From: Batkoa obscura
Lineage: Eukaryota
NCBI GenBank assembly: GCA_030770535.1
Contig: JASVEC010000010.1
Location: forward strand, 1,364,001 to 1,428,000
Direction of reading: 5' to 3'
DNA: 64,000 nt
The position numbers and the translations under genes were made by a program. The notes beneath the pieces were generated by a model. The model was not told the origin of the DNA, did not search any database, and saw only the letters and a list, made by a program, of their open reading frames with translations. Below are positions 48,613 to 59,413 of this stretch, one piece after another (positions within the stretch are counted from its first letter, which is position 1; each line of letters opens with the position of its first letter).

Positions 48613-49795
48613 TATTATTACTATTATTACTATTTTTATCATTGTTATTATTAATAATTACATTTGTATTATTAAATTTATCAACTTTTTTTAATAAATT
48701 TAAATCAATAATTTGGGTAAATTGATCTGCTATTCCTTTATATCCACCAAAAGAATAAACTAAATAATTATTAAAATAAATTAAACAAGCATTTTCTTTC
48801 GATTCAAAACCTAATATGTGATATTGTTGCCATGTAAATGTTTTTAAATTAAGTTGATATAAATATTGAGTTTGATTTGAGTTGAGTTGAATAGTAGTAT
48901 TAACAATATATTCATTAATTAAATATAGAGTATGATTATTTAAAATAATATTTTTAAAATCAGAAATTAAAGGTAATTTACCTTTGGGTTTTATTATACT
49001 TACTTTCTTTTGTTGAAAATTAATTTTTTTGATATTATTTAATGAATATGGTTGATCATCTACGTTATTTCCAGCAAAATAATAATATTCTCCTAATTTA
49101 ATATTAATAAAAATTATAAATATTAATATTAATATTAATTTACCTTGATAAAAAAAACTTTTTTGATTAATACCATAATCTACATTTACTTCTTCTTTCT
49201 TAATTTCTCCAGTTAAATAATTAAATTTAAATAAACCCATAATAGGTTCAACTTTATCAAGCTTCATATTTGGTTGATTATATTCTCCATTTAACCAAAT
49301 AAACTCATATTCATTTAAATCATTTTGAGCTATTGAAAATGAATTTATAAAAAATCGATTATTAATTACTTTTTCATTTAACAATTTAATAAACTTATTA
49401 TTAAACTTCTCATCTATGGACCATACTTTCTTCTGAATATTAAACGATTGCAATATTGTATTATTACTTTGACCACCAAAAGAAATCAATTGACTTTTAT
49501 TAACCAAAAATAGTTGATTATAAATCAAATCAAATTTATCACTCAATTTATAATATTCTTTCCAATTACCTTTTGAATTACTTAATTTAAGATCTTCATT
49601 TAAATTTAATGAATATACTTTTTGATTTGGAAAATAACTGGTAATAGAGGAATCAGCTACTCGACCGCCAAAGTAATAGATGGAAGTATCATGAAGAATA
49701 CAACTACCACTGGACAGATGAAGATTGTTGAAAGACTGAGAATACAAAAAGGGTAATAAAGTGAAGAATACATAAAGTATATTATGAAATTTCAT
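48314..49795 (-). CDS. Type I membrane Kelch/beta-propeller protein
   Basis: Signal peptide, GG-containing blades (IYYFGG, LISFGG, YYYFAG, LVYSFGG), poly-Asn stalk, TM, tail. A 51-nt in-frame GT-AG intron (49143-49093) is read through by the ORF track. Confidence 0.8.
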
Positions 49796-50095
49796 TTTAT
49801 ACTGTATAAATGATTAAAAATAGAAAAAAGGATGTTGAGTTTATTAATTGTGTTGATTATAATGAATATCATTTTATGTTCTATTAATATGTTCTATTGA
49901 TATGTTCCATTAATATAAAATTTAATAACTTTTTAAATATTTTGTAAGATGTTAATTAATTGAAACTGAAAATTTTAATTAATTTGGAAATTATTTAAGT
50001 TTGAATAAGATTTGACTATGTCATCATATAGATTTTTTTATATCTAAAATCAATAAAAGCATTAATCTAATAAAATCTTAGTGTATTAAATTACT

Positions 50096-50165
50096 ATTAA
50101 ATTATGTAATTAAATTATGTAATTAAATTATATAATTAAATTATATAATTAAATTATATAATTAA
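50096..50165. repeat. 13-bp tandem repeat (AATTAAATTATRT) x ~5
   Basis: Directly visible tandem units. Confidence 0.8.
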
Positions 50166-50307
50166 TATATATTAAATAATTTCAACAAATTTATTTCTAA
50201 TATGAATTCAAAAACCTAATTTAAATAAAACGTAAGGAGATTAATCAATTAACATTAAAGAAACGATTTATTTCTCTTATAACATATTAGAAAAAAATGG
50301 TCCCTTT

Positions 50308-50880
50308 TTAAACTTCATAATCAATAGCTAAAGTTTCTATTAATTAAAAATAAATTTATTAGTAAGTATATCTTATAACTAAAAAAAGAAATTAAACTTA
50401 CTATCTACTTCACAACATTCTTTAAAAGCAGTAGCTAATTCTACATGATGAGGATGTTGAATATATTCTTTTAGATCCTAATATAATATACATAATATAA
50501 ATTAAATTAAATTAAATTAAATAAGTGATAATAAATATAATCTTACCTCCATCGATTTTAATTCCACTACCAAAGCTATTGATAAAATGATAATTTAATT
50601 AATATTTTTTCATTAAATTATTTTACTTATTTACTTACCATGAGTATATCCTTTACCACGTTCTGTTAAATTTTTACCAAAACTGGACTTTTGAATGAGT
50701 GGTATATGTTGTTTCATATTATTGAAACCAGTACTCACTTTATTAAAAGTAGTAGCATTGAATTCGGATTTAAGTTGGAAGAGAACTTATAAGAGTAAAT
50801 AAGAAGGGATTTAATTTAATATTGAATGTTATAATGTAACTATAAATGTTAATGTAATTACCTAAATGATATAAAGTCAT
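50308..50880 (-). CDS. Dabb (stress-responsive A/B barrel) protein, 5 exons; absent from ORF track
   Basis: Exons 50880-50862, 50785-50639, 50575-50547, 50477-50402, 50336-50308 give MTLYHLVLFQLK..IPLI..FGKNLTERGKGYTHALVVELKSMEDLKEYIQHPHH..TLAIDYEV*. Confidence 0.88.
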
Positions 50881-51043
50881 TATTTTTTAACTGATTATTG
50901 AAAATAAGATAAGAAAAATGAGTTTGAAATTTATTACGTTTTTTCATTAATTTTCGCTTTTATTAATTCATTTTCAAGTTCTAATTTATGCTAAATTCTT
51001 TTTTTAAATTCTTCAATTGAATTCCTTTTTATTCTTTGATCAA

Positions 51044-52125
51044 ATGAAGCGCAAACATAGTTTAATAATGAAACAGGAAGAAATTGAAAATCATATCAAT
51101 GAAATTAGTACCTCTGTTGTTAATGAATCTACATCAATTAATAATGAATCTACATCAATTACTAATGAAGCGGTGATAACACCCAATATAACTACTCAAC
51201 CAAAAACTTCAGTAATTGAAGTTGATTCTAATATTCCATCAAATTTATTAAAAGAAACGGAAACACTAATACTTGAAGATGATCAATTGATTTCGGAACT
51301 TATTGAACAAGATAATATAACAAATCAAAAACAAATAGAAGAACAAAAAAAAATGAGTAGTTATACACCTACACAATTGTTAAAGTCCAATTTTTTATTG
51401 ATTCAAACAGAATTGAGAAAAGTAATTCATAATATTAATTTGGGTTATAATTTATTAGCATTTGAATTATTGGCTAAAGTTACTGATCGAATTGTTAATA
51501 ACTGTGTTGTTTTGGGTAAGCTTATTATTTGTATTAATATTATTAAATTATTAAATTACCTTTATTCTTTATATATCCATATATATATTAGGTTTAACTG
51601 GTATTGAAAATCCATATCAAATTGATAAACCAGGGTTTTGGTTAGGCTTAAATAATTGTTGGTTATATTGTTTAAGTCGAATACCATTAGCTATTAATGA
51701 AGAACAAAAGATTAAATTAGAGCATCTGAATCATTTAAAAACAATGTTGATTAATTGGGGTGATGAATTGATTAAATATGGTTTATTAGATTATCAAATG
51801 GGTTTATGGCAATCTGATTTGTTAGAATCAATAGATTTGGCTATTTCTTTAATGAATCCTACTTTACCACCTCCACCGCCTCATATTGATTTAAATAAAG
51901 TATTACCTAGTTTAGAAGCCTTGGGATTAAATATTCAAAATCCAGATATAATTACAATAGATGATACAAATCCAATGGAAGAAAATTCCATTATGTTAAA
52001 TGAAATGGATTTAAGGGAATTTGCTAATCAAATGATTAATTATCAACATGAAGAAAAAGATAAAGAAAATCAACAAGAAGATAATATTTATCAAAATGAA
52101 TTAAAAGGGAATCAAAATAATCAGA

Positions 52126-52178
<53 letters not shown>

Positions 52179-52355
52179 CAGATGAATAAGGATAATAATT
52201 TAACAAAGAATGATAATAAAAGTAATAAGGAGATAATAGAGATGGATAATAATTTAAATAGAAATAAAAGTATAGAAAGTGTAGAAAATAATAATAAACA
52301 AATACTAGATGAAGATAATTCTACTTTATCTTCATTAACGGATGAAGAAAATTAA
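51044..52355 (+). CDS. Uncharacterised fungal protein with helical core and Asn-rich tail, 2 exons
   Basis: Exons 51044-51515 and 51592-52355 join in frame; core FWLGLNNCWL...GDELIKYGLLDYQMGLWQSDLL resembles a conserved fungal hypothetical family. Confidence 0.75.
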
Positions 52356-52616
52356 AGATATTTAATAAGAAAAATTAAAATTATAATAAAAATAAAAATA
52401 AACTAAAGATGCTTAATAGAATTGAATCTTAATGCTTCTATCTAATTTTTGTTATTTTAATAGTTTGATTTTGAAATTGAAAAATAAGGGGATAGAATTA
52501 GAATTAGAAAGTTTATTAGCTTATCAGTTTTTAAAGATAAATATAAAGTTTAAAACAATAATAATAAATATAGAAATTAACAAGAGATCAAGTTCAACAT
52601 ATAAAAGAATGATTAT

Positions 52617-52710
52617 GGAGATGTTTTTTGTTTCAAAATTGTATTAGTAATTTTTCTACTCAATAGCACTTGAAAAATTGAATAGTAAATGAAATTTAAA
52701 AATTTTTACA
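52617..52710 (+). mobile_element. MITE copy 19 (highly degenerate)
   Basis: GGAGATGTTTTTTG...TTTTTCTACTCAATAGCACTTGAAAAATTG...AGTAAATGAAA follows the consensus; right end eroded. Confidence 0.65.
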
Positions 52711-52843
52711 TTTTAAAACTTGAAATTTATTTTTATTTTTTATTTTCCTTTATTCCATATTAAAATCCACTTTAATTCTTTATTTATACATATTAATTAA
52801 AGTATTAAAATGAATAACTATTGACTTAATGTTATCAATATTA

Positions 52844-53810
52844 TTATTTCCTTTTTTCTAGATTCTCTTTATTATTATCTCCACTATCATCTTTATCAAC
52901 TAAATCATTAGAATTACTTTTTGTACTAGCTTCATTTAATAAAGTAATTGGTGTACTATAAAAATTAGTAATTGGTACAAATGGTAGTTTTAGTTGCTTA
53001 GAGTTATTTCCTGATAAATTGAGATTTCTTTTATTGTTGTCTTTAATCTCATTACTATCTCTTTCTTGTTTAGCTTTAATAATTGAAAATGGATCTTCAT
53101 CAGTTACATTTGAGTCATTAGATTCAGTACTTACTAGTACTTTTTCAATAGTATCAAATGGATCAGATGTCAATAACTCTGGATTTTTTGAATTGAAGAT
53201 ATCGTCTTCTAACAATTTTAAATTTTGTTTAAACTCATTATTTTCAGGTATTTTTGGTTGTTCCAATTGTTTATTCACTTCTTCTTCACTTTGTTGTTTT
53301 TCTATTCTTTCTTTTTCTTCTTCTTTTTCCTTTATTTTTTGCTTCTCTTCTTTAGTAAATTTAGGAAGTTTACTACTACATTTATCTTCACATTCTAACA
53401 TACTATAAAAAGGTACACATCCTCCACAACCACCATAAATACCTAATTTACATACTCGATATTTGAAATCAAAATAATAACCTGGGATAGCTGCCCTACA
53501 GTTACCTAATTTCATTCGAACATAGCAATTTAAATCTCTATTTAATTTAAAGTAATGAAATGTTATTAACTCTTATTTTCTTATAAAATATAGTTATTAA
53601 ATTACAAAGATTTTTCTAAGGCAGTAGCATTATTTGGTATCTCTCCATAACAGTGTTGTATATTCAATTTGGGTTTTGTGATACTATTATCGTTAATGTT
53701 AAAAAATTTATCAAGTATAAGGTAGATTACCTTTCAAATTCCATTCTTTTTGTTAAGCTTACAGCCAGCATAAAATTAAGGAAATAGGAAATAAATATAT
53801 AGAATTTCAT
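52844..53810 (-). CDS. Secreted BPTI/Kunitz protease-inhibitor domain protein A, 3 exons
   Basis: Exons 53810-53731, 53683-53606, 53537-52844. Signal peptide, LTKR, CYVRMKLGNCRAAIPGYYFDFKYRVCKLGIYGGCGGCVPFYSMLECEDKC, then an E/K-rich and acidic tail. Confidence 0.88.
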
Positions 53811-53999
53811 TATTGTTTTTTTATATCCTTAATAATCAATATAAAAAGAAAATGTTCAAAGTATTTTATTTTATTATTATTATTATCCAGATCATCAATG
53901 ATAGCCAAATGTTTCGATTTTAAACTAAATCAACAGTAAAAAAAAAAAAATTTAAAAAGCTATTTTTATTGAAATAACATTCAGTATTTCATTTCCTAT

Positions 54000-55117
54000 T
54001 TAAAATCGATTATTTGAACGATTATTTCTTACTTTTCGATTTACAAAAGGAGTTCTTTCTCTTCTGGTGAAATCAGCAATACTGGGTTGATTAGCTGCAA
54101 TTTGAAATCTATTAAATTTAGTAGGTGGACTTGGTAAATTAAGCGGTAAACCAGGTCCATTTCTCATAACTCTATTTGAATTAGAAAAATTGGGAGAAGG
54201 ATTAATTGGGTTAGTATAAATATTACTAATAGGTAAATTAGAGAACCTTGGTTGATTAGGAATAAAATTAGGTAATTTAAGGCTTCTACCATTACCACTT
54301 GAAATCCCTTTATTTGTCTTCTCTTCTTTATCTTCAGTAACTGCAAATGGATCTCCATCAAGACTTTTTAAATTACTTACTGTTTCACTACTCTCTTCAT
54401 CTTTTTTCATATCATTAAAAGGATCGGATTCGGGTAACTTTGGAATTTTAGAATCAAAGATATCATCTTCTAATAATTTCAAATTTTGTTTAAAAGTTTC
54501 TGATTTAGGTACCGTTGGTACTTCCAATTTTCTATCTTTTTCTTCTATTTCTTTTTGTTTTCGTTCCATCTCTTCTTTTTGTTTTTTTAATATTTCTTTT
54601 TCTTCTTCTTCCCGAAGTTGTCGTTTCTTTTCTTCAGTAAATTTAGGTAACTTATTACCACATGTATTTTCACATTCTAATATACTATCAAATGGTACAC
54701 AGCCTGCACAACCACCATAGATGTTCACTTTACATTCTCTATATTTTAAATCATAATAATAGCCTGGGATAGCTGCTCTACAATAACCTGTTTCTAATTT
54801 AACATAACAGTTTAAATCTCTAGATATTTCGATTAAATAAATTATTGATTATTTTTATAAAACATAAAAATTAGTCCATGTTTTTATAAAATAGATATAT
54901 TAAATTACAAGGATTTTTCTAAAGCAGTGGCATTATTTGGTATCTCTCCATGACAATGTTGTACATTCGCTTTAGGCCCTTGAACACTAATATTGATAAT
55001 TATTGCTACTAAAGTTATTGATAATGTTAAAAATTACCTTTTAGGCTCATTTCTTTTTGATAAGGTTATGGCCAGCATAAAGTTAAGAAAACAAGTTGAA
55101 ATGAGAAATAATTTCAT
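54000..55117 (-). CDS. Secreted BPTI/Kunitz protease-inhibitor domain protein B, 3 exons
   Basis: Exons 55117-55038, 54986-54909, 54819-54000. Signal peptide, LSKR, CYVKLETGYCRAAIPGYYYDLKYRECKVNIYGGCAGCVPFDSILECENTC, then an E/K-rich region and a P/N/R-rich tail. Confidence 0.88.
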
Positions 55118-55833
55118 TATTATCTAATTGTATTTTTAACTATGATAATAATAAATAATAGAATATAATAATAAGTATAAAAATAAAAGGATTTTTTTTA
55201 TTATGTTTTATAGTTTATTAGAATTGCTGAATTTTTTTTTTGAATTTGGATCTTCAATGATAGCCAAATATTTTCTTTTTAAAGCTAAATAGTTGAGTAC
55301 TTTTTTATTAGCCTCATTTAATTAAACTAGTTAAAGTGTCGAATTTTAAGTGAGGTTTAATACTTAAGTTGACTTTTTATCAATATATTAATATTTTATT
55401 TACATAATCAATTACATTAAAAACTCAAAGGTTTACCTTATTTTTTTTACCTCTTTATTCTATTATTTTGTTGTTTATTGCTTCTCTGTTTCCTTTCCTT
55501 TAATTTCCTTGCATTAATAAACATTCAAAAGTTTTTGGTTGTCAGGCGATTTTTTGAAAAAAAGTAATATTTGGGCATTTTTTGTTGAACAATTTTAATA
55601 CTGACTTTTCTTCTTAGTAACACCCAAAAATAGGTAAGTAACAAAAAGATATCTCTCATTTTTTAATTCTATTACAACTGTCAACATTGAAATGTGTAAT
55701 GTTTTATTTTGATCTATTTTCAATTTTATATTTACTGGTTTCTTTGCAATGATGTTTTTAATTTTTTTTAATTATTAAATACAAAAATTATCCAATCCAT
55801 ATTGAAAGTAAATTAGAGGTTAAAACATTATAT

Positions 55834-55930
55834 GGGGATGTATTTTTGTATTTAAGAGTTTACTAACAATTTTCCACTCAAATAGCGCTTAAAAGATGGA
55901 AAAAGCAATGAAGCCAAAAAAAACATTGCC
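55834..55930 (+). mobile_element. MITE copy 20
   Basis: Very close to copy 14; ATAT/ATAT flanks. Confidence 0.93.
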
Positions 55931-56263
55931 ATATATTGTAATGTAAACGGCTATATTTACAAAAATTAGTCTTTCGCATATTAAAAATGGTATCAAAGTT
56001 TTAAATATTTAACCAAAGCTTCAGAATTAGACTTAAAGGCTTTTGATCTTTATTTGGAATAAAATTTAACATAAGTAAGAAGGTCTCTTTGGTTTAGTAA
56101 ATGCTCAATTCCAATATCAAATGTTTAATGGGCTTTCAAAGTGTCTTAATGCATTTAATCCCATTTTTATTCTTATTAATACAATAATTGTATATTAGAC
56201 GCCTAAATTTTTAAAAAGTAATAAATATTAGCTAGAGGATCCTTGAATATTGGTAAATAAAAC

Positions 56264-57186
56264 TTATTGAATATCATTATAAAAAGTTTCTTTAGTATGA
56301 CCAGAAAAGAGCTTATCAGTAAAACTACTCACAAATCCAGGACAAAGTTGATTAGCATAACGATAAAGGAAAGGTTGAGCTCCAAAATTATATTTTATAC
56401 TAACACCTTCACCAAAGTCGATAGTAGGAAATGGCTCATATGATTGGTATTCAAACTTACATAAAACATTCCCATTATAAGTAAATATTATCACACCTAA
56501 CTGTATATCATAAAAACAACCTAGAATGTCACCTTCTTTAATCATTGAAGTAAACATGGTTTTATATTCTTCTTGGTCAGAATATATACCATAAAGTTTA
56601 TTTGATAGAAATGTAAAAGATTCTATTTAAGTTAATAAGTCCCTTAAGTTATATTATATATATTACCAGGAAGATATTTAGTAGAGCTTTTATCTGCATA
56701 CCCAAGTAGAAAGAAAGAACCATCTGGAAAATCAACTAATTCAATTTCATAGTAAACACAATCTCCCATTAAAGGTTTATATTTTGCTTGAAGTGTACAA
56801 TCTTTATTAAAATATATGCAGCTATTCTTTTTTAATATAATTTTATGAGTTTCTCCAGTACATACTTTAAACCTATTATAAATTATACTTGATTTATCTT
56901 CTATCCTTATTTCATTCAGTTCTGGTAAACTAGTATTCTCTTCAGGTTGTAACTTAACGCTTTTATCGGTAAAATTATCATTTCCTTCTTTTCCGATATT
57001 TATATCTGAAATCAAATTAATAAAATAATCGATAACAATATATAGGTAGAAAATAACAATGACTGGAAAGAGCAATATAATAGAGATTATATAAAGGCTA
57101 ATGTCATAAGAATCAGGTACAGACTCAATAATAGAATCAGAGGTGTTGTCAGATGCAGAATCAAATACAGACTCAGAGGTAATCAT
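56264..57186 (-). CDS. TM-SPRY protein (paralog 5), 2 exons, no PPxY motif
   Basis: Exons 57186-56667 and 56622-56264 (44-nt intron at the family position); YYEIELVDF, GDILGCFYD, FTYNG, NFGAQPFLY. Confidence 0.75.
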
Positions 57187-57780
57187 TTTAAAACCATTTT
57201 TCTTAAAACATGATTTTATCCTTTTTATATCTTTTGTTTTGAATTTTTTACAATAAATTGGTTACTTAATTTACACTTTCATCTGTTCATGTTGCTTTTT
57301 TTATCAAAATTTTAAGAATATTATGTTATTTGATGTTCTACTAAGGTGTTTAAAACTTATGTTTAAATTACTCCTTTCTAGAACTATAAAAATCCACAAA
57401 ATAGGTGCCAATTTCAAGTTAAATTCAATTAAATTTATATGACTATATAGGTTTATAAACTATGAGTTAAATAAAAGAAATGAATGATTGTTTTCAATAT
57501 TAAAATTTCAGAAAATTATTACTTTGAAGTTGATTTTTCCATTATACATTTAAATATAATATTAAATGAAACAATATTTTAATAAATTTTCTTTGTTACA
57601 TAATTAATTCCACCAAAAAGTTACAAATATTTATTTACACAGACTTTTTGAATGTCATATTATTACTTTTCCTTGATTACACACACATAACTTTCATCAA
57701 TATAAATCAACTTTTATAGCTTAATTTTATATATAAAATAAACTAATTTGTGAAACGATATTAATAATATAATAGCATAT

Positions 57781-57878
57781 GGGGATGTATTTTTTTGTTT
57801 AAGAATTTTACTGACAATCTTTCTGCTCAAATAGAGCTTAAAAAGTGGAAAAGTAATGAAACCAAGAAAAATATCCCT
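57781..57878 (+). mobile_element. MITE copy 21
   Basis: Consensus match; ATAT/ATAT flanks. Confidence 0.9.
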
Positions 57879-58929
57879 ATATATTTATATCTGAGAGAGC
57901 ATCAATGCATATTATCTTAATAATAAATAAATGAACAAAACAATTATCTCTAATTACATTAAACTTTACTATAAACCACACTTGAGAACAATATTCCTTG
58001 AGCTATCAAAAGCAATGATTTTTATTTCATCATTTATTGCTACTAAGTATCCTACTTCATATATAAAAGAGGATTTACTAAACAACATTCTCATTCTTCA
58101 GCTTCAAGTGAGTACAGGATTATATTTAAGCCTATTTTACATATCGTTGGTTTTGAAATAAGTGCTCAAAATAACTAAAAAATTATACTTTTATAAATTA
58201 AAATTTAAAATAAAAATGATCAATAGAATAATGAATAAAGTTAATTATATATTATAAATGCCAGTCATATAGTAAAATGATAGTATATGCTGTGATCGGT
58301 TAGTTTAAGGCTTTGAAGTTAAATATCTACTCTTAGTTTCTATTTCAATGCAAACTCCCTGTGTAAAAGTAATTTTTAACAAATCACTTCTTCGATTCAA
58401 TATTAACTGTTCAAAGACCTCTCAAAATGACCTAGTTCATTTTAATTTAGCGTTATATCTCATTAGTACAAAATGTTTCTTTAAGCGCAAGAAGTCTAAT
58501 AAGAGTAAAAAAAAGCTTAAACTAATAGCTAAGGAAGAGGATCTTGAACATCATTAAAAAGTATTCATTAAACGTAAAGCGGAGAAGACGCTCGTATATC
58601 ATTAGGTTGGATGTCTTAAAGATTTCTGGTAATAGCTCCTTAGACATAATATGTACAGGGTTCTTAGATATCATTAGATTGAATGTCTCAAGAATCATTA
58701 GTAAAAAGCTTTTGAGTGTAGTTGGAAACAGTTCCTTGTGAAAGACTACTTTGATAATCAGGGTCAAAACAATTACTACAATAATAAAGAAAATGTTTAC
58801 CTCAAAATTTATATTTAGTAATTATATCTTTACAAAATCAGATGGTAAGAAATCTTGTATAGTCGTAGTAGTTGTAACTGCATAAGTTTTTACTATCATA
58901 GGTAAATGTCATCTTTTTGGATATCATAT

Positions 58930-59027
58930 GGGGATGTTTGTTTTGATTTCATTACTTTTCCATTTTTTAAGCGCTATTTGAGCGGAAAAATTGGTAGTAA
59001 AATTCTTAAACACAAAAACACATCCCC
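58930..59027 (-). mobile_element. MITE copy 22, inserted in SPRY exon 2
   Basis: Perfect GGGGATGT/ACATCCCC ends, ATAT TSD; paralog 5 has a single ATAT at the homologous site (56505-56508). Confidence 0.96.
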
Positions 59028-59318
59028 ATATCATAAAAATAACCTATAGTACCATCTTTTTTAATCATATAAGTAAATAAATTCAGATACCGGTTTTGAC
59101 TATATTTGTGCCATAAAATATATTATTTAATAAAATGTAGGATTCTATTTAAGTCAATAAAGCCAATAAAGTCAATAAATTAATAACATATGTATATGTT
59201 ACTAGGAAAAGCTTCTGAAGTTCTCATTTCCAAATATTCAAGCAAAAAATAAGAATCATCAGCAAAATTAAATGATTTGATTCTATAACAAAGACAATTT
59301 CTCATTAAAGAAATACAT

Positions 59319-59413
59319 GAAGATGTATTTTTTTTGTTGAGGAATTTTACCGATAATCCTTTCATTCAAATGGTGCTTAAAAATAGAAGTAATGAAACTA
59401 TAAAAGCGCCTTA
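59319..59413 (+). mobile_element. MITE copy 23 (old), inserted in SPRY exon 1
   Basis: Diverged consensus; flanks ACAT/ATGT; paralog 5 has a single ATAT at the homologous site. Confidence 0.82.

Noticed and set aside
53019..53408. 129-aa plus-strand ORF with a signal-peptide-like start
   Set aside because: Antisense shadow of the E/K-rich tail of Kunitz gene A; likewise 12932-13114, 15404-15631, 18562-18771 and 61602-61835 shadow real genes.
58522..58700. Repeated CAA>TAA and CGA>TGA stops in SPRY pseudogenes as RIP-like mutation
   Set aside because: Expected from ordinary C>T bias in an AT-rich genome; the near-identical SPRY inverted repeat and the mucin array retain their cytosines.
58921..59036. 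Apparent 7-9 bp TSD (TATCATA) at copy 22 suggesting Mutator or hAT
   Set aside because: Codon alignment to paralog 5 shows only ATAT is duplicated; the longer match is coincidental and absent at other copies.
43..59413. MITE as a Tc1/mariner (TA TSD) or Tourist/Harbinger (3-bp TSD) element
   Set aside because: Copies with ATTT, ACTT, AAAT, ATAC and ATAG flanks and two empty-site alignments require a 4-bp duplication.
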